In this document: piece by piece, positions 19,910 through 29,954 of the stretch
How positions within the stretch are numbered: the first letter of the stretch is position 1
Layout of the letters: each line of letters begins with the position of its first letter
IMG/VR virus record: IMGVR_UViG_3300028895_000276
Span: 1 to 60,657 of that record
DNA length: 60,657 nucleotides
Origin: a virus
Lineage: Duplodnaviria; Caudoviricetes
Strand: one strand, 5' to 3'
The notes under the pieces: generated by a model
Database searches by the model: none
Told to the model about the DNA's origin: nothing
Seen by the model: only the letters and a program-made list of their open reading frames with translations
Program-made: the position numbers and the translations under genes

Positions 19910-20556
19910 ACGTCGCTCCTCCCACGGTAGTCCAGATAGCACTGACAATTAGTCAGACACACGGTCTCGCCGCTGCCAGGGATAGCCGGTCTACCGCTGC
20001 TAGGCGATATAAACTCTTCGTCGATGCTCTTCCAACCCTCGCCGCTGAGGTCCTCACAGTCTGGGCAGTTCTCCGCAGCAGCGTTCATCACCCATCGATG
20101 CTCGGAATATCCACGCGACTGGCTCGCAGCCAGCAGCCCACGCTCATATGCCTCGCGGCTCGAGTTGGCATACATACGTGCTCTCGCACGGATCTGGCCC
20201 TCTGTAAGATCACCGGCTGCTACCTCGCCGTAGAAGCCGTCTAGATAGCGGTACTGGTCTGCTATGCTGCCGCCGATGCTGCCCCAGTCAGATTGCGTCA
20301 TCTGGTCGGTGCCACCACGCCCCACCAGGTATTGAGCGATGTACTGGTCCTTGATCTCCGTGCGCATCGCTGCGTGCCAGTCATCCGGACTGATGCTGTT
20401 GGTAGAGACCATATCCGCTAGGACGCCCATAACGTCACCGCCGGCAGAGATCGCCGTGTCGATCTCCGTCCGCACCTCAGCGTATGTAACTAGCCTGCCG
20501 GTCTCGATGTTGCGGTACCCGGTCCCTCTGAGCCTTGGATCGTATGTAAACGGCAT
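19906..20556 (-). CDS. Head morphogenesis (MuF-like) minor capsid protein
   Basis: After the portal; C-terminal W...CPDC...PG...C..NCQC.L pattern. Confidence 0.7.
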   Translation of the reverse strand: MPFTYDPRLRGTGYRNIETGRLVTYAEVRTEIDTAISAGGDVMGVLADMVSTNSISPDDWHAAMRTEIKDQYIAQYLVGRGGTDQMTQSDWGSIGGSIADQYRYLDGFYGEVAAGDLTEGQIRARARMYANSSREAYERGLLAASQSRGYSEHRWVMNAAAENCPDCEDLSGEGWKSIDEEFISPSSGRPAIPGSGETVCLTNCQCYLDYRGRSDV

Positions 20557-20565
20557 ACGCTACTC

Positions 20566-22248
20566 CTAGTCGCTCTCGTCCACGGTCTCCGCGTCTGGCA
20601 GACCCTGCCATTCGTCGTCGTGCCGCTGGTCCCACTTCTGTATAGACCGCTGCACATCGGCGCCGGTGATGATCACCTCCTCATTCTCGAACAACACCTC
20701 GTCTGGCTCGTACGTCTTACGCTGTTTCGGCACGCTGTAGTACGTTCGAGGTGTCAGAGCCTGTGCGCCGCTGTTCCACAGGGTGCGGATCTGATACCCG
20801 CTCCTCCAGTGCCAAGATAACCGCACGATGGGTTCGTCGCGGAACGTGTCACACGCTCGCAGTATGGCCGGCTGCGACAACATCCGCTCCATCTCGGTAT
20901 CCGTCGAGGTCACGTCCTCTTCGGTGATAGTCCACTCCTCCGGTATGAAGCCCTTCTCAGCATACAGGATGCGCCGCTGCTCTGACGACAGGGTAGGTGC
21001 GTCCATGTTCGACGCCGGCGCCGCCATAGCGTTGACCGCTTCGGCATAGGCTTTGATAGCTTCGTACTCTGCAGCCTCTCCCGCTTCATCGCGCTGCTCG
21101 AACTCGAACAGCAGGGTAGGCGGCAGCTCGCGCTGCAGATTATCCTGGAACGACAGCGCCCAGTCTAGGCCACCCTTCCCAGATGCTTTGATTGCCTGAA
21201 TCTCTGACTCACGCCCGGTGCCTAGGCTGCCACCCGAGACTGGCCAGAACTCTCGAGGATCGTAGCCGAAGACCAGTGCATACCCGTACATGAGCATGTT
21301 GGTCCACGACTCCATGTCGAAGTTATGCGGTAACTGGGACAGCGACACCAGCTTGGCATCTACGTCGCCCTCCATGCCCGAGAAGAAGATAGAGAGACCA
21401 GCGAAGAACTCACGCTCCTTGGCTGTGAGCAGCTCTTTGTTGGTCTGCATGGCGGTCTCCCAGTCGGTTTCGCTGATACCCTTCATCAGCAGCAGCCCCT
21501 TGGGCATCAGGCTGAACAACATCTCGCGGTCGTGCCTGAAGATAGCCACCATCAGCACAGCAAACTGTAGCGCACGCATCACAGCACAGTACCCGAGGTC
21601 GTGGAACTGGTCCTGGATGGACGGCAGAGAGGACGTGCGGAAATAGTCCTCCGGTGACCATACCTGCCTCTTATCCGTGCTAGGGAAGTACTCTAGCGGT
21701 GCGTTAGCATCGCCAGTCAGCCGGCAGCGCGTAGGATCCGCGTGATATAGTGCGCCCATAGGACCCTGGTCACCTAGCCTGCCGATCTCGGTGACACAAC
21801 CCATGTTAGTGGTCCAGTACGATTCCGACTGCTTAGACGCGAAGATACGCCAGCCGGCGCCGTTCTCTACATTACGCAGAACACGCGTGAACCGGGACAC
21901 CTGATTGCGCCCCCCGGTGAGCGTCCACCCTCTGTTCTTGTCGATACTTACCACGTTGGATACCACACCAGACAAAAGCGACTCCGTACGCCAGAAGTCG
22001 CTTAGCCACTTGTCCAGGGTACGGCTGTCCTCCGAATAGTTGGGTATCGTGAGTAGGCTATCCTTTGACCACGCATTACGTAACTGCGTCCACGCGAACC
22101 GTGCAGCAGTCGCACTGTCCGTGAACCTTGGCTGCTGGCTGTCCGCATCTGCCCGCTGGATAGACGCGTTGCTTAGCGTCGTGTTATTCTCTCGCAACTC
22201 TGCCTTGGCAACCTTGATCACCGCCGCAGCGTCTCGTTGTTCATCCAT
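20566..22248 (-). CDS. Portal protein
   Basis: 560 aa directly downstream of the large terminase. Confidence 0.8.
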   Translation of the reverse strand: MDEQRDAAAVIKVAKAELRENNTTLSNASIQRADADSQQPRFTDSATAARFAWTQLRNAWSKDSLLTIPNYSEDSRTLDKWLSDFWRTESLLSGVVSNVVSIDKNRGWTLTGGRNQVSRFTRVLRNVENGAGWRIFASKQSESYWTTNMGCVTEIGRLGDQGPMGALYHADPTRCRLTGDANAPLEYFPSTDKRQVWSPEDYFRTSSLPSIQDQFHDLGYCAVMRALQFAVLMVAIFRHDREMLFSLMPKGLLLMKGISETDWETAMQTNKELLTAKEREFFAGLSIFFSGMEGDVDAKLVSLSQLPHNFDMESWTNMLMYGYALVFGYDPREFWPVSGGSLGTGRESEIQAIKASGKGGLDWALSFQDNLQRELPPTLLFEFEQRDEAGEAAEYEAIKAYAEAVNAMAAPASNMDAPTLSSEQRRILYAEKGFIPEEWTITEEDVTSTDTEMERMLSQPAILRACDTFRDEPIVRLSWHWRSGYQIRTLWNSGAQALTPRTYYSVPKQRKTYEPDEVLFENEEVIITGADVQRSIQKWDQRHDDEWQGLPDAETVDESD

Positions 22249-22269
22249 TCCTCACCTCGCTGTCAGTCA

Positions 22270-23619
22270 TCATGTTCCTCGACCGCCGCCGCCTCTCGTA
22301 GCCATCAGGTAACAGAGCGCCCCAGCAACTATGCTGTCTGGCGGATGGCCGCTTCCAAATAGGTCGTCGGTCTTGACGTATTCATGCTCTCCCCGCATCC
22401 ACTCGATGTTTGGACAGACGATGGCGTCGTCCTCGATCGCTGCTACATAGTTGGAAAAAATGCTCTTGCGCCGTGCCCCTGTCAGCAACACACCGTGGCC
22501 CGGTGACTTGGAATAGTCGTGCACCACACTGCCGATGCCGGTCTTGTCGTGCGCATTCTTACCCCTGTAACGCTGGCAACGCTTGTCATAACGTCCAACC
22601 ATCTTAGGCCACTGCTCGCGCCGGCGTCTCTCGAATGCCACCACACGATAAGGGTACACATCCACGCGCATCGTTAGGATAACGGTCCAGTCATTTTCTT
22701 TCGCCCAGTCCGCACCGGTAACGTACCGTGCGCCTTTCTCCGGTGCTTCGAACTCCAGGTATCTGCCGGCTGCCCCAGCAAACGTACCGAGACCGGCGTC
22801 GAACATCGCCCGCACGTTGTCCGTGATGATAGCGCGTCCCTCTGCGACTGGCTCTTGTAGGTCGTACTCGATCTCCCACATAGCCTGCGTGACCTCGCTG
22901 CGTTTGGCCGCCACCTCGCTCGGTAGCAGCCACCCACCCGCGGCACTGGTCTCCTGCCAGCCCCATTCATGGATGCTCCAGTCCCTATCCCTAGCCCTCT
23001 TAAGGATCTCCGTCATGGTCTTGTCAGGATAGTGATGGGTGCTACTCGCCACCGTCTGTGCAGGTATTAAAACTGCACCATCCTGAACCTTGGACATCGT
23101 CTGCCCCATCGCGGCATCGAACAGCGGCAGCGCCATCTCGTCCACCTCATCCAGTCTCAGCCGCTGCGGGTGCGGACCACGGATGCTCTTTGACGATGCT
23201 AGCAACGCCTGGATCGTGTTACCGTGCCTGAACCGCGAGATGGTCGTCAGCGGCTCTCCGTTCCACATGTGCCGTGGGCAGTTACGGCTCAGGAAGAAGT
23301 CCTCGCTTACATAGTCCTGCACGTTCTTCGACTGCGCGCCACTACCACCGAGGATCTTGACATCAGCACCCAGGGTCAATGCTTCGGTCAGTCCCAACAG
23401 TGCCAACAGAAAGCTCTTACCACCGAAGCCGCGAGACGCCTTCCATACGCTTACCCGGCTGCGTGCGAAGTAGGCATCCGAGAACGCTCTCCATGGTGTC
23501 GAGTGTCCTGGTACTACCACCCTGTCCGGTATCTTAGCACCGAACGCTATGTGAACGAATTTACGTAGTGTCTGCTCCGTGCGGATAGGTAGCGTGAACT
23601 CGTGCATATTCGCCGGCAC
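22270..23619 (-). CDS. terL: Terminase large subunit
   Basis: ATPase motifs SRGFGGKS and LRLDEVDE; RNase H-like nuclease GADWAKENDWT ... PDSIVA. Confidence 0.9.
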   Translation of the reverse strand: MPANMHEFTLPIRTEQTLRKFVHIAFGAKIPDRVVVPGHSTPWRAFSDAYFARSRVSVWKASRGFGGKSFLLALLGLTEALTLGADVKILGGSGAQSKNVQDYVSEDFFLSRNCPRHMWNGEPLTTISRFRHGNTIQALLASSKSIRGPHPQRLRLDEVDEMALPLFDAAMGQTMSKVQDGAVLIPAQTVASSTHHYPDKTMTEILKRARDRDWSIHEWGWQETSAAGGWLLPSEVAAKRSEVTQAMWEIEYDLQEPVAEGRAIITDNVRAMFDAGLGTFAGAAGRYLEFEAPEKGARYVTGADWAKENDWTVILTMRVDVYPYRVVAFERRRREQWPKMVGRYDKRCQRYRGKNAHDKTGIGSVVHDYSKSPGHGVLLTGARRKSIFSNYVAAIEDDAIVCPNIEWMRGEHEYVKTDDLFGSGHPPDSIVAGALCYLMATRGGGGRGT

Positions 23620-24140
23620 TACAGACTCCCGATGTCGTCGTCCTCGTCATCGTACTCGCCATCTTCAGTTACGACGAGGTCAGGATCGTCCACGTGCTCG
23701 AACACCCTAAGCACCATGCCATCATACGGCATATCGCCGTCCGGTGTAGTCGGTGCTATCTTGTCCGGTGCATTCAAGCCTACCAGCTTGGACCGCCGCT
23801 CTGAGATCTTGAGCGCCTTCTCGATGGCTTGCAGGTTGCCATCCAGCACCTCTGGCCAGATAGCACGCAGCATCTCATCCAGCCGATCACACTCCATGCG
23901 GACGAGTTTCCTAGCGTCCAGGTACGTCTGCCTGCCTTGCCGGTCAAGCTCGCGCTTTACATCGCGGTACGCGTAGATAGCGTCCCAGTGCTTAGGCAGC
24001 TTTTCGACGCCGAAGTGCTCTACTGCCATCTCCGCTATCTCGCGGTACTTGTACCCCGCTATGCGCTTCGACAGCACGAACGCTCGACGGATCCTCGCAG
24101 CCACGAAGACTGGGCGTGTCTCGTTGGTTGTTTTACCCAT
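23619..24140 (-). CDS. terS: Terminase small subunit
   Basis: HTH-like GYKYREIA, LKISERRSKLVGLNAP; directly upstream of terL. Confidence 0.8.
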   Translation of the reverse strand: MGKTTNETRPVFVAARIRRAFVLSKRIAGYKYREIAEMAVEHFGVEKLPKHWDAIYAYRDVKRELDRQGRQTYLDARKLVRMECDRLDEMLRAIWPEVLDGNLQAIEKALKISERRSKLVGLNAPDKIAPTTPDGDMPYDGMVLRVFEHVDDPDLVVTEDGEYDDEDDDIGSL

Positions 24141-24180
24141 AGATCATCCTATTTTACCACGGATCTCCTAGATACAGACA

Positions 24181-24217
24181 GTCCGCAGAGCGGTAACTAG
24201 GGAACCGCTCTGCGGAC
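24181..24217 (-). terminator. Stem-loop
   Basis: gtccgcagagcggt ... accgctctgcggac perfect 14-bp stem. Confidence 0.65.
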
Positions 24218-24255
24218 CGCGTGAAGTGGGGAACCATCCCCCTGTTCATTTGGCC

Positions 24256-24726
24256 CTAGGCCAAGAACACTAACGCCAGCACAACTGCCGCAATGCTGAG
24301 AACCACGATGACGGCTGCCACGATGAGTGCAGTCTTCTCGTCACCGCTCAGTACTGTCTCCTCCTCCTCACCGAGGATCGCAGCGCCAGCCACCTCTGCA
24401 TTTCGGGTCTCTTTGATAGCAGCGACTCGCGCCGTCTCTGGAGTGATAGCATGCGTAGCCTGGTTGCTTACCACCGCTGCAACCAACATCAGGAACAAGC
24501 CCTTCAGCTCTTCCTGACTGCAGGCCACACCGGTAAGACCGAGACACCCGCCAACGAAGAGGATAGCCACCGCGCCGACCAGCAGCGCCAGCATGAACAC
24601 CTGCCTGATGGTCACGCGCAGCCTGCCGTACCAGTCGCTGAACGCCGGCACATACTTCATGAGCAGCGACAGCAACACACCGGCAAGAACACCGATCTCC
24701 TGAGAGGACGAAACCGAAGTAATCAT
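24256..24726 (-). CDS. Holin-like membrane protein
   Basis: About four TM segments; first gene of the late operon. Confidence 0.55.
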   Translation of the reverse strand: MITSVSSSQEIGVLAGVLLSLLMKYVPAFSDWYGRLRVTIRQVFMLALLVGAVAILFVGGCLGLTGVACSQEELKGLFLMLVAAVVSNQATHAITPETARVAAIKETRNAEVAGAAILGEEEETVLSGDEKTALIVAAVIVVLSIAAVVLALVFLA

Positions 24727-24765
24727 CGAACGTCTCCTATCCTTGATTGAGGAACGTACACTACA

Positions 24766-24794
24766 ATTAAAGCACAGCTAGTGCTCTCTGTCAA
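24766..24794 (-). promoter_or_regulatory. Sigma70-type promoter for the holin/terminase operon
   Basis: Minus strand TTGACA-17 bp-TTTAAT with TGTG upstream of the -10. Confidence 0.8.
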
Positions 24795-25633
24795 TCCTCC
24801 TGGTCGTATGGCAGCACTCGATACATGGTGTCGCGTAGGCACTCGCCGGTGACTCTCTCAACCACGCCGTCCTTCTCCAGCGTCCTCATGGCGCGTCTGA
24901 CATATGCCTTGTCGAACCCGAACCACTGCTGCAAAGGCCACGACACGTTGACTATGCGGCACGGCTTACCATCACCGATTAGCACAGCCAGCACCAACTC
25001 GGTGAGCGTGTGCACGTAGTTCAACTGTGCGTAGGGATGCTCTAGCGTCTTGCACGGTCTGCGCCACAGCACGTTCCACACCTCGTGTGCCGTCACCGTA
25101 TCGATGTCCTCCCTGCCCCACAGATAGGTCCTGCCGAAGATAGGGTAGTCAACTGCCTCAGGCTGCAGATCAGCGGTATCGAACACGGATGCTAGCAGCG
25201 CTGCACTCATCCGCTTACCGAGGAACCCGTGCCCGCGTAGCACGTCCGCGCCATCGCCACGCACCGGTACCCGGATCTCGTAGTTGCCGCGAGGGTTGGT
25301 GTCTCTGGTAAACAGCTTCTGCATGACCAACGTGTTGATCGCCCGGTGCGCCAGGTTCGATTCGTTAGGCGTGTCGTACTCTAGGGTGTGCTCCGATAGA
25401 CGACTCGTCCCGTTCAGCAACTTGGCTATGGCGTACACGTACGTGCGCCACAGCGCTATGCCCCTCGCCCCACCGCCGAACACCTGGTCGATGCTCCTGG
25501 TGGCTACGGTGGCCAGATCCAGCAACATAGTCTTGCGCATCGCGCTTATTGCCTGTGCCATCGCTACGTTCACTCCTGTCGTGTCTGCTTCCAGTCTCAC
25601 CCGTACATCATCAAGACCCATCGCTGTCGCCAT
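24791..25633 (-). CDS. Hypothetical protein with winged-helix-like segments
   Basis: HRAINTLVMQKLF and VRRAMRTLEKDGVVER resemble wHTH recognition helices. Confidence 0.55.
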   Translation of the reverse strand: MATAMGLDDVRVRLEADTTGVNVAMAQAISAMRKTMLLDLATVATRSIDQVFGGGARGIALWRTYVYAIAKLLNGTSRLSEHTLEYDTPNESNLAHRAINTLVMQKLFTRDTNPRGNYEIRVPVRGDGADVLRGHGFLGKRMSAALLASVFDTADLQPEAVDYPIFGRTYLWGREDIDTVTAHEVWNVLWRRPCKTLEHPYAQLNYVHTLTELVLAVLIGDGKPCRIVNVSWPLQQWFGFDKAYVRRAMRTLEKDGVVERVTGECLRDTMYRVLPYDQED

Positions 25634-27260
25634 ATCTCCCTCCGTGTGCTTTGATCGCCTGCGACATAGTCTCGTGCACGTGCCGGCGTGCCTCGCTATC
25701 GCGCTTCCCTGACACGCCGAACCAGTCCGACAAGACCGTTATCACCTCGTCCACGTCCGCAGACCCTACCCAGCGCCACCGGGTGTACCGACCATTCCCA
25801 GCACACTCCACGGCTCCGGTCTCACGCAGACGCGCTAGATACCTCTTAAACGTCGCCCTACCGACCACCTCCTCACCCATCGTAGCTAGCAACTCCGATA
25901 CGCTGCCCCACTCGCCGGCTTGCGATAGCATCGCCGTCAGCACTCGGATGCCAGCCTTCCCCATCCCAGTGCTATAGACCAGATCGCTACGCTGCAGCTC
26001 TCCCAGGATATTGCGATTAAATGAACCCGTCCGTGGATGAGCCGAGAACGCACCGTCTCTTTCGGCTCTTTCGGAATCATCTTTTTCTGTTAAGTCTTTG
26101 AAAGAAAATGATTCTGCGTGAGCCGAAAGAAGGGTATCGACGGACAGCCTATACTCCCTGGACGTAACCATAGAACCTGCCTTGCTGGTCTCCAGGATGC
26201 CGGCGTCTAGTAGTCGCTGCACTGCGGACCATGCGCCCTTGTAGCTGCTGCCTATGTTCTCAGCTATCTGCCTAAGAGACTGACTGCGGCACAAACCGTT
26301 ACCGCTGAGACGATAGTCAGTAATGTCACCGGTCAGCAGCGCGATGAATGCAGCCTGCGAGTTGCGCCTCGCCACCGCACCCCAGCCGCCGAGGTGTGCC
26401 CAATCGATCAGGGACGCAGCAGCAGTGATCTCGTCTAGCCTTTCAGCTATTTCAACTCCGTTATGTTCGAGGAACCCGGCTGCGCCCTCGTACGTGCGCA
26501 TCAACCACGCATCCGCATCCGCAGCCGGCAGCGCCGCGTAGTGCCCATATCCGCCGTCTTGCCGCAGCAGCCTGCCAATATCGTCCAGCGGAACGCCGGT
26601 ACTGCAGAGACTGCAGACTATGCTGGCATCCGAAGCACTCGCGCCACCGCTGGTGGTCAGCCTGTATGCCGGATCCCCACGCAGCATCGTGTCTGCCCGT
26701 AGGCTTATGTACCAGGATGGTGCCGGCTGCAGACCAGGGAACACCCGCTGCACGTCGGCAAACTCCAGCATCGGGACATTGCGATAGTCAAGCATCGAGG
26801 ACCACATGTACTCTCTGCCCTCTGGATGCAAGCTAGGCGGTAGCAGCGCCGCCACCCCTCGCCCGAGGAACTCGAGGTCTTGCACGTCTGCCGAGTTGGA
26901 CGTAGCCGGCGCCGTGTCCAAACGCAGCATCGCTTTCACGCCGCCCGCGTGTGCACCCGTGCTTCCACTCACTATCTCTGGCAGCACGTCGAACCCGAGG
27001 TGGCACAACCGGCGCCATAGCTCGTCGCTAGCGGATGGGGAATCGGCATCGAACACCAACAGGTTGCCGCTGGCAGACCCGCACGCCACAGCCACATTGC
27101 TGTCGTCCGCGAAGACAGCCGGCAGCAGTGACGCCGGCATCGCTCTACCTAGCAGAGGTCGCGTGTGCACGCTGGGTCGCTTAGCACCCTTGAGGAACGG
27201 GATGGGACTGTAGCCGGCAGCTAACAGATCAGCCGCCGCTCGAAGACTGCTCATAGGCAT
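25611..27260 (-). CDS. Bifunctional primase-polymerase (Prim-Pol/AEP) replication protein with C-terminal wHTH regions
   Basis: GYSPIP..KRP, NVAVACG..SGNLLVFDAD, LLPPSLHPEG.EY.W motifs; ATG at 27260 after AGGGGAG. Confidence 0.85.
   Translation of the reverse strand: MPMSSLRAAADLLAAGYSPIPFLKGAKRPSVHTRPLLGRAMPASLLPAVFADDSNVAVACGSASGNLLVFDADSPSASDELWRRLCHLGFDVLPEIVSGSTGAHAGGVKAMLRLDTAPATSNSADVQDLEFLGRGVAALLPPSLHPEGREYMWSSMLDYRNVPMLEFADVQRVFPGLQPAPSWYISLRADTMLRGDPAYRLTTSGGASASDASIVCSLCSTGVPLDDIGRLLRQDGGYGHYAALPAADADAWLMRTYEGAAGFLEHNGVEIAERLDEITAAASLIDWAHLGGWGAVARRNSQAAFIALLTGDITDYRLSGNGLCRSQSLRQIAENIGSSYKGAWSAVQRLLDAGILETSKAGSMVTSREYRLSVDTLLSAHAESFSFKDLTEKDDSERAERDGAFSAHPRTGSFNRNILGELQRSDLVYSTGMGKAGIRVLTAMLSQAGEWGSVSELLATMGEEVVGRATFKRYLARLRETGAVECAGNGRYTRWRWVGSADVDEVITVLSDWFGVSGKRDSEARRHVHETMSQAIKAHGGRYGDSDGS
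26058..26130. other. AT-rich inverted repeat within the Prim-Pol gene (candidate origin)
   Basis: tctttcggctc/gagccgaaaga outer arms, gaatcat/atgattc inner arms, AT-rich core. Confidence 0.5.
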
Positions 27261-27291
27261 CTCCCCTGGTACGCGTGGGTGTGGTCCTTTT

Positions 27292-27320
27292 ATTAAACCA
27301 CACGATGGCGCCGAGGTCAA
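27292..27320 (-). promoter_or_regulatory. Leftward promoter for Prim-Pol
   Basis: Minus strand TTGACC-17 bp-TTTAAT with TGTGG. Confidence 0.8.
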
Positions 27321-27364
27321 GTACCTGACAAACGACAAGGATACCTATCATATGCCGCACATGA

Positions 27365-27519
27365 CATAGAACGCCTGTCCTACAGTACCGAAGTCATGTC
27401 ATGCCTAATACATGACATGTGTCATGTCTTGCCAGAAAATACTTGACAAAGAGGCCAAGGTGTGGTTTAATGGGGGTAGATCAGAGGACGCAGACAGAGA
27501 GACCAGGAGAGACAAGATG
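27365..27519 (+). repeat. Early promoter cassette copy 1
   Basis: ATGACATGTGTCAT 27412-27425, TTGACA 27443, TTTAAT 27466, RBS, ATG 27517. Confidence 0.92.
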
Positions 27520-27783
27520 ACACGCAGAGACGAGAGCACGATCAAGGCCGAGACCGCCAAGCAAGAGAGCAAGCTGGCAGCCATCCGCGCAGAGATCGCC
27601 CGCATCGAGGCCGGCGCCATCCAGAACTGGACCGAGGACCTCAACGACTACGCGAACACCGTATACAACGAGGAGTGGCACATCGAGTGCATGCTCCACA
27701 CGCTGGACATGGAGTTGGAAACACTGGACTGGACAGCCGCCGAATGGGCAACCTACAGCCTCGTGCAGCGCAACATCGACTAG
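27517..27783 (+). CDS. Early hypothetical protein
   Basis: ATG after GGAGAG downstream of cassette 1. Confidence 0.75.
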   Translation: MTRRDESTIKAETAKQESKLAAIRAEIARIEAGAIQNWTEDLNDYANTVYNEEWHIECMLHTLDMELETLDWTAAEWATYSLVQRNID

Positions 27784-27808
27784 CAGACACCCACATAGGA
27801 GAGACGAG

Positions 27809-28174
27809 ATGACGACAGAGACCGAAGCCAAGACCCTCAAGACCGAAGCAGACCGCGACGACGCGTACCTGATGCAGGTAGCCGACACCATCCTAAGGCA
27901 GATGGGTGGCGCCGGCAAGCTCAAGGCAATGATCAACGCCCGCAGCTTCATCGCCCTCGATGGCGAAGGTGGACTCAAGTTCCGATTCAGCGGATGCCGC
28001 AAGGCTAACACGTGCGTGATCACCCACGACAGCACCTACGACGTTTACACGTTCAGGCTCTACAAGCTGCATCGCGATTACACGTCTGAGCTGGTATACG
28101 ACCTCTACAGCGTCTACGCAGACATGCTGGTGTGGACATTCGAACGCGAGACCGGGTTGGATCTGAGCCTTTAG
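27809..28174 (+). CDS. Early hypothetical protein
   Basis: RBS GGGAGAGACGAG-ATG; coding-like codon bias. Confidence 0.8.
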   Translation: MTTETEAKTLKTEADRDDAYLMQVADTILRQMGGAGKLKAMINARSFIALDGEGGLKFRFSGCRKANTCVITHDSTYDVYTFRLYKLHRDYTSELVYDLYSVYADMLVWTFERETGLDLSL

Positions 28175-28197
28175 ATCAGCAGACAGGGAGAGACGAC

Positions 28198-28650
28198 ATG
28201 ACACGCACACTGATATACGCAGTAGCCGAGCAGGAAGACACATTCACCCGGATAGTCACCAACGAATCATTCGCCGTGATCAAGCGCGAGGTAGACATCT
28301 GCAACGAGCGGCTGGGACACAAGAAGTACTGCGTGGTAGCCTGGCTGCACTCGGAAGAGTTCGAGTGCCCGATGTACGTTGGCGAAACCTGGCGTGAGCT
28401 TGACCCGCTGAAGGTGCTAGGCGGTCCGAAGGCGATGGACCTCGAGCAGAAACTGGCACCCGGCGCCGGCATCGTGGCTGCAGCGTTCGAATACGCGGAC
28501 AACTACAGCGCGCAGTATGGACCGCTGGACGACGAGACCTACGTGGCCATCTTTAACACGCACTTCAAGTGGCTGATGCAGAAGCTGGCCAACAACAGCC
28601 CGACCACCGACGAGATCGTCGCGTGGCGCCACGATCCAGCACGACGCTAA
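28198..28650 (+). CDS. Early hypothetical protein
   Basis: RBS GGGAGAGACGAC-ATG. Confidence 0.75.
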   Translation: MTRTLIYAVAEQEDTFTRIVTNESFAVIKREVDICNERLGHKKYCVVAWLHSEEFECPMYVGETWRELDPLKVLGGPKAMDLEQKLAPGAGIVAAAFEYADNYSAQYGPLDDETYVAIFNTHFKWLMQKLANNSPTTDEIVAWRHDPARR

Positions 28651-28662
28651 CAGACATATACC

Positions 28663-28709
28663 TTGACACGGTGGCCAGCTTGTGGTTTAATAGAAGTAAG
28701 CTGGCCACC
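28663..28709 (+). promoter_or_regulatory. Promoter with a 12-bp inverted repeat flanking the -10
   Basis: TTGACA 28663, TTTAAT 28686; ggtggccagctt/aagctggccacc arms. Confidence 0.8.
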
Positions 28710-28733
28710 ACCAGCCAGCATAAGGAGGACGAG

Positions 28734-28925
28734 ATGTGCGCCGAATTGGTAAAGATCGAGTCCAGGCAGGGATCCTGCACCGTGCAGACGGTACCTGATG
28801 GTCGAGGATTCAGGACCACCGTAACCAAGGCAGGGTCACCCGTCACGTGCGTAGCCGGCGTCTGTCGCACCAGCAGAGAAGCCCACCGGCAGCACCGCGA
28901 GACCGTGAAGAGCGTCAAGCGCTAG
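28734..28925 (+). CDS. Early hypothetical protein
   Basis: ATG after TAAGGAGG. Confidence 0.65.
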   Translation: MCAELVKIESRQGSCTVQTVPDGRGFRTTVTKAGSPVTCVAGVCRTSREAHRQHRETVKSVKR

Positions 28926-28943
28926 CGGCAGCGCCTGACCACC

Positions 28944-28970
28944 GAGAGGAGCCTACCCCAGGCTCCTCTC
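28944..28970 (+). terminator. Stem-loop before cassette 2
   Basis: gagaggagcct/aggctcctctc perfect 11-bp stem. Confidence 0.65.
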
Positions 28971-28992
28971 ATCTGTTCCAGGGTGCCCGAGA

Positions 28993-29135
28993 CATAGAAC
29001 GCCCGTCCTACATGACCACGGTACTATATGACACCTGTCATGTCTTGCCCGGAAATACTTGACAAAGAGGCCAAGGTGTGGTTTAATGGGGGTAGATCAG
29101 AGGACACCAGCCAGCAGACAGGGAGAGACGAGATG
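28993..29135 (+). repeat. Early promoter cassette copy 2
   Basis: ATGACACCTGTCAT 29028, TTGACA 29059, TTTAAT 29082, ATG 29133. Confidence 0.93.
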
Positions 29136-29345
29136 ACAGACACGACACGGAAGCTCCTCAAGAACACGAATCGGGTAGTGGTCCTGGTCCAGGGTGGAGA
29201 CGCCATCGCCAAGGGCAAGCTCCGCAAGAGCCGTCGCGAATTCGGCAAGTGGGACGTGCTGGACACGCTGGATCGCCCCCGCATCGTCAGCTTCGGCAAC
29301 ATGGACGTGACCGACGTGATCAGCGGCATCATCACCATCAGCTAG
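29133..29345 (+). CDS. Early hypothetical protein
   Basis: ATG at the end of cassette 2. Confidence 0.75.
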   Translation: MTDTTRKLLKNTNRVVVLVQGGDAIAKGKLRKSRREFGKWDVLDTLDRPRIVSFGNMDVTDVISGIITIS

Positions 29346-29353
29346 GAGACGAG

Positions 29354-29659
29354 ATGACAACCTACAGCGCCTACCGGTGGGACTGCAACACCCGCACCCT
29401 CTCGCATCACGAAGAGCTGGACAGCCTGGACGAGGTCAACGAGTGGATGGCCCGCACCCGCCACACGCACGTGATCGTGATGCGCTACAACTACCCGAGC
29501 GACACGCCCAAGGTGTTGTACGCGTTCGAGGTCGAGCTGGCTGAGTACCTGGTTTACAAGGTCACCGACTGGGACCTCAACGGGCAGACTGGCGAATTCG
29601 AGATCGTCGCATCCGAACTCATCCGCGACGACACGCGCAACTGGCGCAAGGAGGCTTGA
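29354..29659 (+). CDS. Early hypothetical protein
   Basis: RBS AGGAGACGAG-ATG. Confidence 0.75.
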   Translation: MTTYSAYRWDCNTRTLSHHEELDSLDEVNEWMARTRHTHVIVMRYNYPSDTPKVLYAFEVELAEYLVYKVTDWDLNGQTGEFEIVASELIRDDTRNWRKEA

Positions 29660-29660
29660 C

Positions 29661-29954
29661 ATGACAGACCGCGAGCTAGCCAAGAGGCTGCACATCGGCA
29701 CCAACACCAAGCTGGCATACCCAGCGTGGCGACGCACCGAGCAGATGCTCAACGTCGAGGTGCAGATCTGCATGGCGTCTCGCGGTATCGAGTGGGCAAT
29801 CAGCACCGGCAGGCTGCCGGCAGCAGTCGAGATGTGGCTGCTGGGTCTCAGCGCCTACCAGCAGATCAAGGTGCTCAATCACATCATCACCACCGGCTGC
29901 ACGATGAACGACACGCCACGCGCACTGATCGCCCACCACGAGCGTGAAGCATAG
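29661..29954 (+). CDS. Early hypothetical protein
   Basis: RBS AAGGAGG; abuts the upstream stop. Confidence 0.7.
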   Translation: MTDRELAKRLHIGTNTKLAYPAWRRTEQMLNVEVQICMASRGIEWAISTGRLPAAVEMWLLGLSAYQQIKVLNHIITTGCTMNDTPRALIAHHEREA

